Part shown: positions 26,786 through 35,793 of the stretch, in pieces
Layout: each line of letters begins with the position of its first letter
How positions within the stretch are numbered: position 1 is the stretch's first letter
DNA from: Vulcanimicrobiota bacterium
GTDB taxonomy: Bacteria; Vulcanimicrobiota; Vulcanimicrobiia; Vulcanimicrobiales; Vulcanimicrobiaceae
NCBI GenBank assembly: GCA_963752765.1
Contig: CAVVZD010000003.1
Span: forward strand, 220,040-284,039
Length of the DNA stretch: 64,000 nucleotides
Direction of reading: 5' to 3'
Program-made: the position numbers and the translations under genes
The notes under the pieces: generated by a model
The model's database searches: none
What the model was told of the DNA's origin: nothing
What the model saw: the letters and a program-made list of their open reading frames with translations, nothing else

Positions 26786-28638
26786 ACCTTCCAGGTGGCC
26801 GCCCCCCGCGAAAGAGGCCGTGGGAATCTCCGGTTTGGCGCGTGGTTGCGTTTGTCGCATTCGTCGTTTTCGCGCTCAGCGTACTGGTGGCGCAATTGCT
26901 GCAAGTGCAGGTCGTGCACGGCCTGCAATACCGAGCTCAGGCACTTGCCAATCAGATTCGGCTGATTCCCGTCGCCGCTCCGCGCGGCATCGTGTACGAT
27001 CGGCACGGCGTAGAGCTCGTGCGCAGCCGCCCCTCCTTCGTCGTCGGCTTGATACCGTCGCAAGTTACCGACATCGATGCTGAACTTAGCACCCTGTCAT
27101 CGGCGTTGGAAATCGATGTCGACACGCTGCGCTACCGCCTTCTCCATCATCATGGCGTGAACTATCGAGGCTTCGACGAGGTCGTTACCTATGAACCCTA
27201 CGGTCCCGTGCTGCTTGCCGAAGATGTTCCGGTCGCCAAGGTCGCGCGGCTCTCCGAGGTGCTCGACGACTTGCCGGGCGTCGACTTGGAAGTTCAAGCC
27301 ATTCGGGATTATCCGCACGGCTTACTCGGCTCGCACCTCTTTGGGTATGTCGGACAGATTACTGAAAGCGAATACCAGCGGTTGCGGCGAGAGGGATATA
27401 ATCCCAACGACGTTCTCGGCAAGGACGGGCTCGAATACAGCTACGATTCGTACTTACGCGGCGTGCCCGGGGGCCAACGGGTAGTCGTCGATGCGACCGG
27501 ATCGGTCGTGTCGACGATTTCGGCACAAGCTCCGGCATCGGGCGACACGCTCATGACGAACATCGACTGGCGTTTGCAGCGCATCGCGGAAGAGGCGCTC
27601 TCCAGTGGAATCGCGAGTTGGGGACATGGTCGCAAACTGTCGGGCGCAGTCGTTGCCGAAGACCCGTGGACGGGTGCGATTCTCGCGCTGGTGAGTTATC
27701 CGAATTTCAATCCCAACGACTTCGCGGCGGATAACTACAAGCGCGTCGCCTTCGATTTAACCGATCCGACGCAGCCGCTCTTTAATCGCGCGATTGCGGC
27801 CGCGACGCCGACGGGATCGACGTTTAAGATGGTCACCGGATCGGCAGCGCTCACGGAAGGCGTCGTGAAGGTTGACCAAGTCGTCTACGATACGGGCGGC
27901 TGGAATTGCGGCGGCTACTACGCACGGGATATTGCGGCCGGCGGTTTGGGCGACACGACGTTCGTGCCGGCGCTGGCAGCCTCCAGTGACGGATACTTTT
28001 TCCGACTCTCTTGGTGGCTTGGAAACGAGCGTTTGCGAAAGTATGCGCTGGCGTTTGGGCTGAATGCCAAAAGCGGCATCGATTTACCGGGTGAAAACGA
28101 GGGGAACTGGCCGACCAATGCTTGGGAGATGCGAACGTTCGGCGTTCCGATGGAACCGAGTGAAGCCTGTTTTCTGGGCATCGGACAAGGTGCGATGCAA
28201 GCCACACCGTTGCAGATGGTCAACATCGCGTCCGCCGTAATTAACGGCGGTACGCTTTACCGGCCGCAGGTCGCGCGCGAAATTCTGCGGCCCAACGGAA
28301 CGGTCGTGCGCACCTACCGGTCCGAAGCGCTTCGTCATGTGCCGGTGACCGCTGCCGCCTTGCAAGCGGTGCGCGAGGGGATGGCCAAAGTGACCGACCC
28401 GGGCGGCACCGCGTACGGCCTTGCCATTACCGGGCTGCCGTTTTCCGGCAAAACCGGCACGGCCGAAACCGCCGGCGGTAACGGGCCGAACACCACGTGG
28501 TTCATCGCCTGGGCGCCCAGCAATCATCCGGTCTTTGCCATGTCGGTCTTCGTCGACCGTAGCGGAGGCTACGGTGCCGAGGTTGCGGCGCCGATTGCGC
28601 GAGAAATTCTCGTGAAGTACTTCAACAAGAAACCATAA
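26782..28638 (+). CDS. mrdA: penicillin-binding protein 2 (elongasome transpeptidase)
   Basis: N-terminal TM helix and transpeptidase motifs GSTFK, SSD and KTGTAE. Follows mreCD. Confidence 0.9.
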   Translation: MNLPGGRPPRKRPWESPVWRVVAFVAFVVFALSVLVAQLLQVQVVHGLQYRAQALANQIRLIPVAAPRGIVYDRHGVELVRSRPSFVVGLIPSQVTDIDAELSTLSSALEIDVDTLRYRLLHHHGVNYRGFDEVVTYEPYGPVLLAEDVPVAKVARLSEVLDDLPGVDLEVQAIRDYPHGLLGSHLFGYVGQITESEYQRLRREGYNPNDVLGKDGLEYSYDSYLRGVPGGQRVVVDATGSVVSTISAQAPASGDTLMTNIDWRLQRIAEEALSSGIASWGHGRKLSGAVVAEDPWTGAILALVSYPNFNPNDFAADNYKRVAFDLTDPTQPLFNRAIAAATPTGSTFKMVTGSAALTEGVVKVDQVVYDTGGWNCGGYYARDIAAGGLGDTTFVPALAASSDGYFFRLSWWLGNERLRKYALAFGLNAKSGIDLPGENEGNWPTNAWEMRTFGVPMEPSEACFLGIGQGAMQATPLQMVNIASAVINGGTLYRPQVAREILRPNGTVVRTYRSEALRHVPVTAAALQAVREGMAKVTDPGGTAYGLAITGLPFSGKTGTAETAGGNGPNTTWFIAWAPSNHPVFAMSVFVDRSGGYGAEVAAPIAREILVKYFNKKP

Positions 28639-28656
28639 GACACGGCTTCTCTTGCG

Positions 28657-29037
28657 CTACGGTTCGGGAGCAAGGACGGCCAAAGCGCGAGAAATTCGAT
28701 CGGTGCGCTCGCCCGGGTGCCGTGCAAAGTACGCGTCAACGACCGGAACGAATCCGCGACCGACTAATGCGCGCGCGGCCGCCAGCGTGACCGTCTCCGA
28801 TGGGTCGTCCAATGCGAGCTGCAGCAATTTCGCCGAACCGTCGTCTTCCAAGGCAGCCATTGCAAAGACCATGTCGCATCGTGCGGGCTCTGGAAGCGCC
28901 GCAAAATCCGACACCGTCGTATCGTTCGCTCTTCCGCCGGCTCGCACTGAACTCCGTCGCCGTCGCAGAACCGCGTAGAGCACCATTGCGAGGCCGATCG
29001 CGACGACGATCGACAACGCAATTATCCCGGGAGACAT
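28657..29037 (-). CDS. hypothetical single-pass membrane protein with HEAT-like helical repeat
   Basis: N-terminal TM IIALSIVVAIGLAMVLYAVL followed by RRRR, then LLQLALDDPSETVTLAAARALVGRG. The start is 8 nt after the stop of the 1080-aa gene. Confidence 0.5.
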   Translation of the reverse strand: MSPGIIALSIVVAIGLAMVLYAVLRRRRSSVRAGGRANDTTVSDFAALPEPARCDMVFAMAALEDDGSAKLLQLALDDPSETVTLAAARALVGRGFVPVVDAYFARHPGERTDRISRALAVLAPEP

Positions 29038-29045
29038 AAGCGTCC

Positions 29046-32000
29046 TTAGGATACTCCGGCATGTAACGACGTGCGGACGGCGTCGAGTGCCTCATCGAGG
29101 GCCTCGTCGCTCTTGCGCTGCAGCGCGTCGATAAACTCGCTCGATTCCAGCGACGCGAACTCGTCGAGCCGGTCCGAAAGCAACGAACGATACTGACGAA
29201 GCGGCGCGGTTGCATTGGGCAGCAAGCGCGCGAGCGCAGACCACGGAAGCGCACTTGCAAGTTCTGCCTCCTCCAGCCGATCAGAAAGATCGCGCAGCTC
29301 GGTGGAATCAAACGTGCCCCGAAAGATTAGCGATGCATCGGGCGCATCCGGCGGCGCGCCGTGCGCCGCAGCGGCATCTCGCAGCACGCGCTCGATCGCG
29401 GCGCGCACCGAGGGCGTTTCGATGTGCCCCGGTGCGATCACGTAGTTGGGCAGCCGCAGCTTAATGAAAAGCCGATCGAACTCATCACGCAAGAGTTCTT
29501 TGAGCGCCGGGAGCGCAGAACCGTGTGTGTCGCCGACTGCATCCGGAAGGAACGCCCGAAGGGCAAAGAGGTGCGTTACCAATCCGCCAAATCGCGCCTC
29601 TTCGAGTAAGAGGAAGACGCGACCTAAGCGCTGTGCGCTCAAGGCGAGCAACGTTCCGGTGCGGTTTGCAACGAGCGTTCCTTCGATGACTCCGGATTGC
29701 GCTTGCGCGCCAGTCCCCTCGCTGTCCCCCAACGCCGCGACGGCGTACGGCGTGAGCGGTCGGGCGCTTCCGTTGCCTTCGCCGACGGGAGTCGCCGGCG
29801 GGAGCTGCATGAAACGCTCCTCTCCGATTGCGCGTTGAGCGCCAAACGCCGGCCCAACCATTCCGTCGAGACCAAACGGCAACCCGACGATCGCATTGGC
29901 AAAGACCGGGGTTGCCCGCACCTTCAGCTCGTTTGAGACGGTCTCGTCGTTGCGCTCGCCGTCATAGCGAATCGAGGCGACCCGCACGATGGCCTCGCCG
30001 GCCGGCAGCCCATTATGCACCACGTCGTTCCAGCGAATCGCGACTTCAACTCCGGGATCGACGTCGTTGAGCACGATGCCTCGCGCGCTGGCAAACGGCG
30101 CTTCGGCGCCAATGTCTCGTACCGGCACGTCGTTAACGGTCGTCGAATTCGGCACGTAGATGAGGCTGTCGGGTTGCGCGATGGTGATGACCACGCGCCG
30201 GGCCGGGCCGTCGCCGCCATTGCGCAAGTGCAAGACCCAAGCGACGCTCTCGCCGACGTCGACCGAGTCAGCCGGTTCGCTGTGAAATGTGCCGACGGAG
30301 AAGTCCGGCTCCGCAGTGGTGGCGATCACCAGCCGCGCGAGCGGAACGGGAAGCATTGCATCGGCGGTAAGGACGGCGTCAACCGTCAAGGGAAACTCCT
30401 TGGCCAAGCTGCGCAACAAACGCAATCCGAGCCGCGCCCGTGCGCGCCCACCCGGCAGAATCTCACCAAAGACGAGCGAGGATCGCTCGCGGATCGCTCC
30501 ATCGACCGTTTCAAGACGTGCTTCGGGCGAGACGTACAATCGCAAGCGAACGTTGTGAGCGGCGTCGGTGCCGGTATTGACGAGCACGGCGTCGACTTCG
30601 GCAAGCTGATTTGGACGCAGGACCGCATCGTCGGCGAGTTCCAAGCGCGAGGTTTGCGCATCGAAGGCGGGATGCGAGTCGATGCACCACGTTGCTTCAC
30701 CCAACGGCGTTTCGCCCAACTCCCGGGTGTGAACGCTGGCACCGATGCGAACGTCGCTACGATCGGCGTACGGCGTGCGTACGCGCGCACGAACGCTCAG
30801 CCGTCGTGCGGCATACGCATCGAGCGTTCCCAAATCGACGGTGTCGTCGTCGAACGTTAGCCGCGAGTTCTTCTCGAAGGCGCGCACCTCAGAGAGCGCG
30901 GGATCGACGCGCAGGTGCAACACAACATCGGATGCGCAGGCGGTACCGTCGTTTGCAAGCTCGAGAAGCGTTTCTACCTCGCTGCCCGGTTTCACCGTTT
31001 CGTTCCCAACGCGCGCGATGGTGTTGCGGCGTGCGGGGAGTGCCGGTTCGGAGCGAATGGTAAGGCTGCGCTCGAGTCGCCGTGAGGCGCCGTCGGCCGC
31101 CGGCTCCCAAGACAAGACGGCCGCAGCCGTTAACGTTACTCCATCGGCCAGCGGCGAGATGACGACGGCTTCGCTGCGCAGCTCAACGCGTTCGCCCGCG
31201 TCGATGCGGCCGAGATCGAAAACCAGCGGCTCCTTTCGGCGATCGCGCAGCGGGCGCCCATCGATGCTCGACGAGCCGCGAGCGAGGGTAAGGGCTTCGG
31301 GCAGCTCGATGGTCGCCGTGCTACTGTGCGTGGCCGCGGTGCCCGCGTTGAACGCGACAATCGCCAGCGTTACGCGTTGCCCGGGCCGAACGTCGTGCGC
31401 GGGATCGATGGTAAACGTCGTCCGATCGCCGCTGAAATCTGGCGCTGCTCGCACGACCAGTGCCGCCGGCTCGAGCTCGAATGCCGGCGTTTCTTGCGAG
31501 GCGATCTGCGCGCGCGCGATAATCTGCGTGCCGTTCGGCAGCGGGGCATCGATGCGAATCTTGTACAGCACGATCGCCGACGCGCTGGCCGCAAGCGACG
31601 GTGCCACAATCGGCGCATAGATGCGGTCGAATGGAACCGGCAAATCGCGTTCGATTTCGCGTCCGTTGATACGTGCGGAACCCGGGACGTATGCGGCGTG
31701 CTCGGGTATCGGCGCAACGACGACGACGTCATGCGCGCTCGACTCGCCGGCGTTGTGGATGCGAATGCTCACCTGCGCTTCGCTTCCCGGGGCCGGATCT
31801 TGCCGCGCTTCGATGGCGGCGCGCGTCAACGCGTTTTGCAGTTGCGGGCGGCTGCGAACGATCAGCCGCACGACGTTCGACCCCACCGGCGGCAATTCAA
31901 AGGAGGCAACGGCGGCCTGTAGCTCGATGGTCGTGCCGTTTTCAATTGCTCCGGCGACACTGTAGGCGATTTCGATGCGGCGTTCTTCCCCCGGAGCCAC

Positions 32001-32288
32001 GTCGCCGATGTGCGCGCCACCTCGCGAGAGCATCGGACAGTTCCCTAGCTCATCGTCGAGCAGCGTTCCGTCGAGCTCCCCGGTAGCGACGAGGTAGACG
32101 AGGCCGTCGGGGAGATTAAAACGAACGCGCACGCCGGTAGCGACCGCGCCGCCTTGGTTACGAAATGTAAACTGTGCGCGCACCGTCATCCCAGGTTCCA
32201 ACTCGCGGTCAGGCGAAACGACGAGCGTTCTAAGGCCCTCTGGCAACGTAGGCGCTCCGGGTGTAAAAATTTCCGACAGCGTGCGCAT
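29046..32288 (-). CDS. large repeat protein (about six DUF11/CARDB-like ~120-aa repeats plus ~230-aa helical C-terminal domain), no signal peptide
   Basis: Recurring pattern: PG-x-hydrophobic alternation-N-x-G-x-x-x-A-x-x-V-x-hydrophobic-x-LP. Examples: EPGMTVRAQFTFRNQGGAVATGVRVRFNLPDGL, APGSEAQVSIRIHNAGESSAHDVVVVAPIPEHA, VGESVAWVLHLRNGGDGPARRVVITIAQPDSL. The N-terminus MRTLSEIFTPGAPTLPEG is not hydrophobic. Confidence 0.65.
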   Translation of the reverse strand: MRTLSEIFTPGAPTLPEGLRTLVVSPDRELEPGMTVRAQFTFRNQGGAVATGVRVRFNLPDGLVYLVATGELDGTLLDDELGNCPMLSRGGAHIGDVAPGEERRIEIAYSVAGAIENGTTIELQAAVASFELPPVGSNVVRLIVRSRPQLQNALTRAAIEARQDPAPGSEAQVSIRIHNAGESSAHDVVVVAPIPEHAAYVPGSARINGREIERDLPVPFDRIYAPIVAPSLAASASAIVLYKIRIDAPLPNGTQIIARAQIASQETPAFELEPAALVVRAAPDFSGDRTTFTIDPAHDVRPGQRVTLAIVAFNAGTAATHSSTATIELPEALTLARGSSSIDGRPLRDRRKEPLVFDLGRIDAGERVELRSEAVVISPLADGVTLTAAAVLSWEPAADGASRRLERSLTIRSEPALPARRNTIARVGNETVKPGSEVETLLELANDGTACASDVVLHLRVDPALSEVRAFEKNSRLTFDDDTVDLGTLDAYAARRLSVRARVRTPYADRSDVRIGASVHTRELGETPLGEATWCIDSHPAFDAQTSRLELADDAVLRPNQLAEVDAVLVNTGTDAAHNVRLRLYVSPEARLETVDGAIRERSSLVFGEILPGGRARARLGLRLLRSLAKEFPLTVDAVLTADAMLPVPLARLVIATTAEPDFSVGTFHSEPADSVDVGESVAWVLHLRNGGDGPARRVVITIAQPDSLIYVPNSTTVNDVPVRDIGAEAPFASARGIVLNDVDPGVEVAIRWNDVVHNGLPAGEAIVRVASIRYDGERNDETVSNELKVRATPVFANAIVGLPFGLDGMVGPAFGAQRAIGEERFMQLPPATPVGEGNGSARPLTPYAVAALGDSEGTGAQAQSGVIEGTLVANRTGTLLALSAQRLGRVFLLLEEARFGGLVTHLFALRAFLPDAVGDTHGSALPALKELLRDEFDRLFIKLRLPNYVIAPGHIETPSVRAAIERVLRDAAAAHGAPPDAPDASLIFRGTFDSTELRDLSDRLEEAELASALPWSALARLLPNATAPLRQYRSLLSDRLDEFASLESSEFIDALQRKSDEALDEALDAVRTSLHAGVS

Positions 32289-32323
32289 GACGCGGTGGAC
32301 CTTCGCCGCTAGAAAGGATTACC

Positions 32324-33520
32324 ATGCTCGCAGTTCACGAAGATCGTATCGCTGCCGCGGTCGCGCGACTGGGTTCGGAAAACGCGTTTGAAGTGCTCGC
32401 TCGCGCGCGCGCACTGCAAGCGCAGGGCCGTCGCGTCGTGCACATGGAAATCGGCGAACCGGACTTCGATACGCCCGACCACATCAAGAAGGCGGCGGTC
32501 GACGCGCTCTACGACGGGCAAACGCACTACACGCCGTCGGCCGGTACCGCCGAGCTGCGCGCGACGATTGCCGAGTATGCGAGCCGTTTACGTCGAATTG
32601 CTCCGGCGTATTCCGCCGAGAACGTCGTCGTTTCTCCCGGAGCGAAGCCGGTTATTTGGAACGTATTGTGCTCGTTGCTGAACCCCGGCGATGATTTCGT
32701 GTACTTCGATCCGGCGTATCCGGCGTATCCGTCGTGCGCGAGCTATCTGCAAGCCACGATCCATGCGATTCCGTTATTGGAGTCCCGCAACTGGCGAATG
32801 GATCTCGACGAGTTGGAACGGCGCGTCTCAAACAAGACGAAAGCGATCGTCATTAACTCGCCCCACAATCCTACCGGGGGTGTCTTGACCAAAGGCGATC
32901 TCGAGCGCATCGCCGAGCTCGCGCAGCGTCACGATTTCATTGTCATCGCCGACGAAATCTATAGCCGGAATTTCTACCTTGATACGCCCTACGTGTCAAT
33001 CGCCGCACTTGACGGGATGCGCGATCGTACGATCGTCGTCGACGGTTTCTCGAAAGCCTACGCGATGACGGGCTGGCGCCTCGGCTATGCGCTGATGCCG
33101 GAGCGGTTGGCGAAAACCGTGACGCTATTCAATAACAACACGTTTAGCTGCGTGGCAACGTTCGTGCAGATGGCCGGAATCGCGGCCCTCACCGGCGACG
33201 ACGCGCCGGTAAGACGAATGAACGAAATCTTCCGTCAGCGCCGCGACCGTTTGGTCGCCGGCCTTAATGACATTGCGGGCGTCTCGTGCACGCTGCCCGA
33301 GGGCGCCTTTTACGCATTTCCAAACGTGATGCCAATCACGCACGACGATCGGGCGCTCGCGCGCTTTCTGCTCGATGAAGGCGGCGTCGCCTGCGGGGGC
33401 GGCTCGTCCTTCGGCGCGGCCGGAAAAGGCTATTTGCGCTTCTCCTATGCCGCGTCGTTGGAGGACATCGATTGGGCGCTCGAATCGATCGCGAAGACGA
33501 TTCCGCGCTTCAAAGGCTAG
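32324..33520 (+). CDS. pyridoxal-phosphate-dependent aminotransferase, class I (aspartate aminotransferase-like)
   Basis: SKAYAMTGWRLGY (PLP-Lys motif) and NSPHNPTG. 398 aa. Confidence 0.9.
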   Translation: MLAVHEDRIAAAVARLGSENAFEVLARARALQAQGRRVVHMEIGEPDFDTPDHIKKAAVDALYDGQTHYTPSAGTAELRATIAEYASRLRRIAPAYSAENVVVSPGAKPVIWNVLCSLLNPGDDFVYFDPAYPAYPSCASYLQATIHAIPLLESRNWRMDLDELERRVSNKTKAIVINSPHNPTGGVLTKGDLERIAELAQRHDFIVIADEIYSRNFYLDTPYVSIAALDGMRDRTIVVDGFSKAYAMTGWRLGYALMPERLAKTVTLFNNNTFSCVATFVQMAGIAALTGDDAPVRRMNEIFRQRRDRLVAGLNDIAGVSCTLPEGAFYAFPNVMPITHDDRALARFLLDEGGVACGGGSSFGAAGKGYLRFSYAASLEDIDWALESIAKTIPRFKG

Positions 33521-34021
33521 TTATTTTAGAACGGTGATCGGTGCAGCCTGTTTACCTGCGCTCGAGCACGCGCTACACGTAAATGTAATTGTTTGCATGT
33601 AATTGCCCGGCTTGATCGTTTTCGAAGCCTTTATGGTTTCTTTTGTCGGGTTGCCGGGATCGGGCTTAAAGGAACCCTTGAGGCCTTTGTTGTTGGTCTT
33701 CGTCTTCCAGTGAACCGTGCCGCAGGAAACGGGAACGTTTCCTTTCTTGCAGGTGAGCTTAATGGAGAGGGTGCCCTTACCGCCCTGTTTCACGCAAATG
33801 AGCGGAAACTGCGGCTTCTTACAAGCGTTTTTCGCGAAGATGGTGAGCGCATCGTCACCGCGTTCGATTGAAACGGACAAGGGCGTGGAAACGCCGGTCA
33901 TTGCCGACTCCGGAGACTGCTGCAAGACCATCGGCAAAGAACGAAAGCCGCTCGAGCAACCTGTGATGGCAATGGAAGCGGCTGCGGCGAGCGCATAACG
34001 AGAAAACGACCGGAACTGCAT
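33521..34021 (-). CDS. Cys-rich, Lys-rich lipoprotein, paralog A (unknown family)
   Basis: The start is set at MQFRSF...SIAITGC (lipobox). The mature part aligns with the 34804-35292 product, including conserved Cys positions and the identical C-terminus PITVLK. Confidence 0.7.
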   Translation of the reverse strand: MQFRSFSRYALAAAASIAITGCSSGFRSLPMVLQQSPESAMTGVSTPLSVSIERGDDALTIFAKNACKKPQFPLICVKQGGKGTLSIKLTCKKGNVPVSCGTVHWKTKTNNKGLKGSFKPDPGNPTKETIKASKTIKPGNYMQTITFTCSACSSAGKQAAPITVLK

Positions 34022-34047
34022 ACGTACTCCTTTGGGAATTAACGGGT

Positions 34048-34596
34048 CTATGGGCCGACGTTTAGGCCGATGTACTTGACGATGCAACTAGCGGCGCAAG
34101 ATTTGATCTCCTGCCTGTAGAGGTACTTGCTGGTTTCTTGCAGCCCGGAACCCGGCGTGATCGTGTCGAGCTCCCACGTCCCTTTGCACCCAATTTTTTT
34201 CGTGCACTTGTAGGGGCCAGTCCACTTCGCGGTCATTTGCTTGATAGCCCGGCAGGCCTTACCCTTGGCCAAGCAAACGGGGCCGCTCCATTTGACTGTG
34301 CCCGCATTGCTCTTTCCACACGGGTCTGCCTTCGGGCCGTAGCACCAGCCGAGTTCGAGGCCGTTTGCCTTAGAAACCGTGTGGCAGCCGCCGGCAAAGC
34401 GCTTCGGACACGTTGCGTTCGGTTGCGCGCTTGGGTTCGCAACGCGCATGTCCCAGGCACTCTGGTGGCCGACGGAAGCGGACTCGCTGAAGCCGGGCGC
34501 GTTTGGCATCGTTGGTCCGGTTTTCGCAGCGCAAGCCGACAGGACAAGTGCCGACGTCAGCGCCAACGCGAACCACCGGCTAAGACGAAGTATCAT
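34048..34596 (-). CDS. Cys-rich lipoprotein, divergent member B (12 Cys in the mature protein)
   Basis: The start is set at MILRLSRWFALALTSALVLSAC (lipobox). It shares short motifs with A and C (GTVKWSGP vs GTVHWKTK/GKVTWSAT; PGSGLQETSK vs PGNPTKETIK). Confidence 0.6.
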   Translation of the reverse strand: MILRLSRWFALALTSALVLSACAAKTGPTMPNAPGFSESASVGHQSAWDMRVANPSAQPNATCPKRFAGGCHTVSKANGLELGWCYGPKADPCGKSNAGTVKWSGPVCLAKGKACRAIKQMTAKWTGPYKCTKKIGCKGTWELDTITPGSGLQETSKYLYRQEIKSCAASCIVKYIGLNVGP

Positions 34597-34803
34597 GTGA
34601 GAATCTCCTTGTTGAAAGTAGCTATAGCCGTCAACAGTCAAACTGGAGCAACCCAATACACGGCTTGCTTGCCCCGGTTGTCGTCGACTTCGGTCCGGAC
34701 TCCCAAATTACGAACTTAGCTTTTGCAAAGCCTCCGTCCCCGGTTCAATTCGGAGAGCGGAGGTGTACGGCAGCGTCCGAACGGTGCGAATCGCGTCGCG
34801 GCG

Positions 34804-35292
34804 TTACTTCAAGACCGTAATCGGCCACATGCTATGGTCTTTGCACTTCGAAAAGCCGGTGCACGTCCACGAAATCCTCTGGAAGTAATTGCCCGGCTTC
34901 ACTCGTCTCGATGCGGTTACCGTTTCCGTTGACGGATTTCCGGGATTAGGCGAAAACGACGCGCGCAAGCCGCGGCGGCTGATTGTCGCCGACCACGTCA
35001 CCTTGCCGCAATGGATCGTCTTCTTGCCGCGATGGCAGGTCAAGCGCAGACCAAGAGAATTCTCATCGCCCCGTTTGACGCAAAGAAGCGGAAAGGCCGG
35101 GTTCTTGCACTTGCCTTTCGCAAAGACCGTCAGCGCTGCCGCGCCGCTCGTGGCCGGCACAACCGAAGCCGAATAGCTTGGGGCCGCTTGCGGGACCGGC
35201 GGTATGCTGTTGCTCGAGCAGGCCACGAGGAGGCCGGAAACACCTGCAATCGCGAGATACCGCCGAAAGCCAGAAGTAAAAGTAAACCGCAT
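34804..35292 (-). CDS. Cys-rich lipoprotein, paralog C (Arg-rich version of A)
   Basis: Lipobox LLVAC. LTVFAKGKCKNPAFPLLCVKRGD...LRLTCHRGKKTIHCGKVTWS...KPGNYFQRISWTC...PITVLK parallels paralog A. Confidence 0.7.
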   Translation of the reverse strand: MRFTFTSGFRRYLAIAGVSGLLVACSSNSIPPVPQAAPSYSASVVPATSGAAALTVFAKGKCKNPAFPLLCVKRGDENSLGLRLTCHRGKKTIHCGKVTWSATISRRGLRASFSPNPGNPSTETVTASRRVKPGNYFQRISWTCTGFSKCKDHSMWPITVLK

Positions 35293-35298
35293 CGGCAG

Positions 35299-35487
35299 CT
35301 ACGACTCGGGCTGTTGCCTTTCGGCCTCATGGTTCGGCGCTTGCTGCAGCCGCTCCAGCGCTTGTTCGAATTGCGTCCGATCCTCGGGCGTGAGGTCGGT
35401 GCGTTCGAGGGCTCGGCGGATTCCAGCTCCCGTCGCGAGGTTCACCAGATATTCGTTGTCGATCGTGCGTTTTGGACTCAACGGCAT
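35299..35487 (-). CDS. small acidic/charged protein carrying one copy of a ~30-aa helical motif
   Basis: 62 aa. GIRRALERTDLTPEDRTQFEQALERLQQ is nearly identical to the second repeat of the upstream 97-aa protein. Both end in PES. 6 nt upstream of lipoprotein C. Confidence 0.55.
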   Translation of the reverse strand: MPLSPKRTIDNEYLVNLATGAGIRRALERTDLTPEDRTQFEQALERLQQAPNHEAERQQPES

Positions 35488-35499
35488 GCTTGAAGACTC

Positions 35500-35793
35500 C
35501 TACGACTCAGGTGGCTGTTGCAGACGCTGGAGCGCTTGCTCGAATTGGCGGCGGTCTTCGGGGGACAAATCGGTGCGCGCAAGCGCCCGCCGAATGCCGT
35601 CTTCGGTGTCTTCCGCGACGAGCCGATCCTCTCGTTCCTTCACCTGTTCCAGCGTCTGCCCGAGTTGTTGGCGATCCTGCGGCTTGAGGTTCTTCCGGTC
35701 GAGCTCGTTGCGAATGGCGTCCTCCGCTTTTTCCTCGTTCTCGAGATCCGCGGTCCGATCGTCGTCGCTCGGTCCCTTCGAAGATAACGTCAT
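35500..35793 (-). CDS. small charged protein carrying two copies of the same ~30-aa motif
   Basis: 97 aa with AIRNELDRKNLKPQDRQQLGQTLEQV and GIRRALARTDLSPEDRRQFEQALQRLQQ. Its ATG overlaps the trpS TGA (ATGA at 35790-35793). Confidence 0.6.
   Translation of the reverse strand: MTLSSKGPSDDDRTADLENEEKAEDAIRNELDRKNLKPQDRQQLGQTLEQVKEREDRLVAEDTEDGIRRALARTDLSPEDRRQFEQALQRLQQPPES

Noticed and set aside
30745-31620. 291-aa plus-strand ORF inside the DUF11-repeat gene, and similar ORFs at 25441-26202, 50039-50863, 51640-52416 and 60690-61472
   Set aside because: All are S/R/A-rich antisense or off-frame shadows of genes with recognisable domains.
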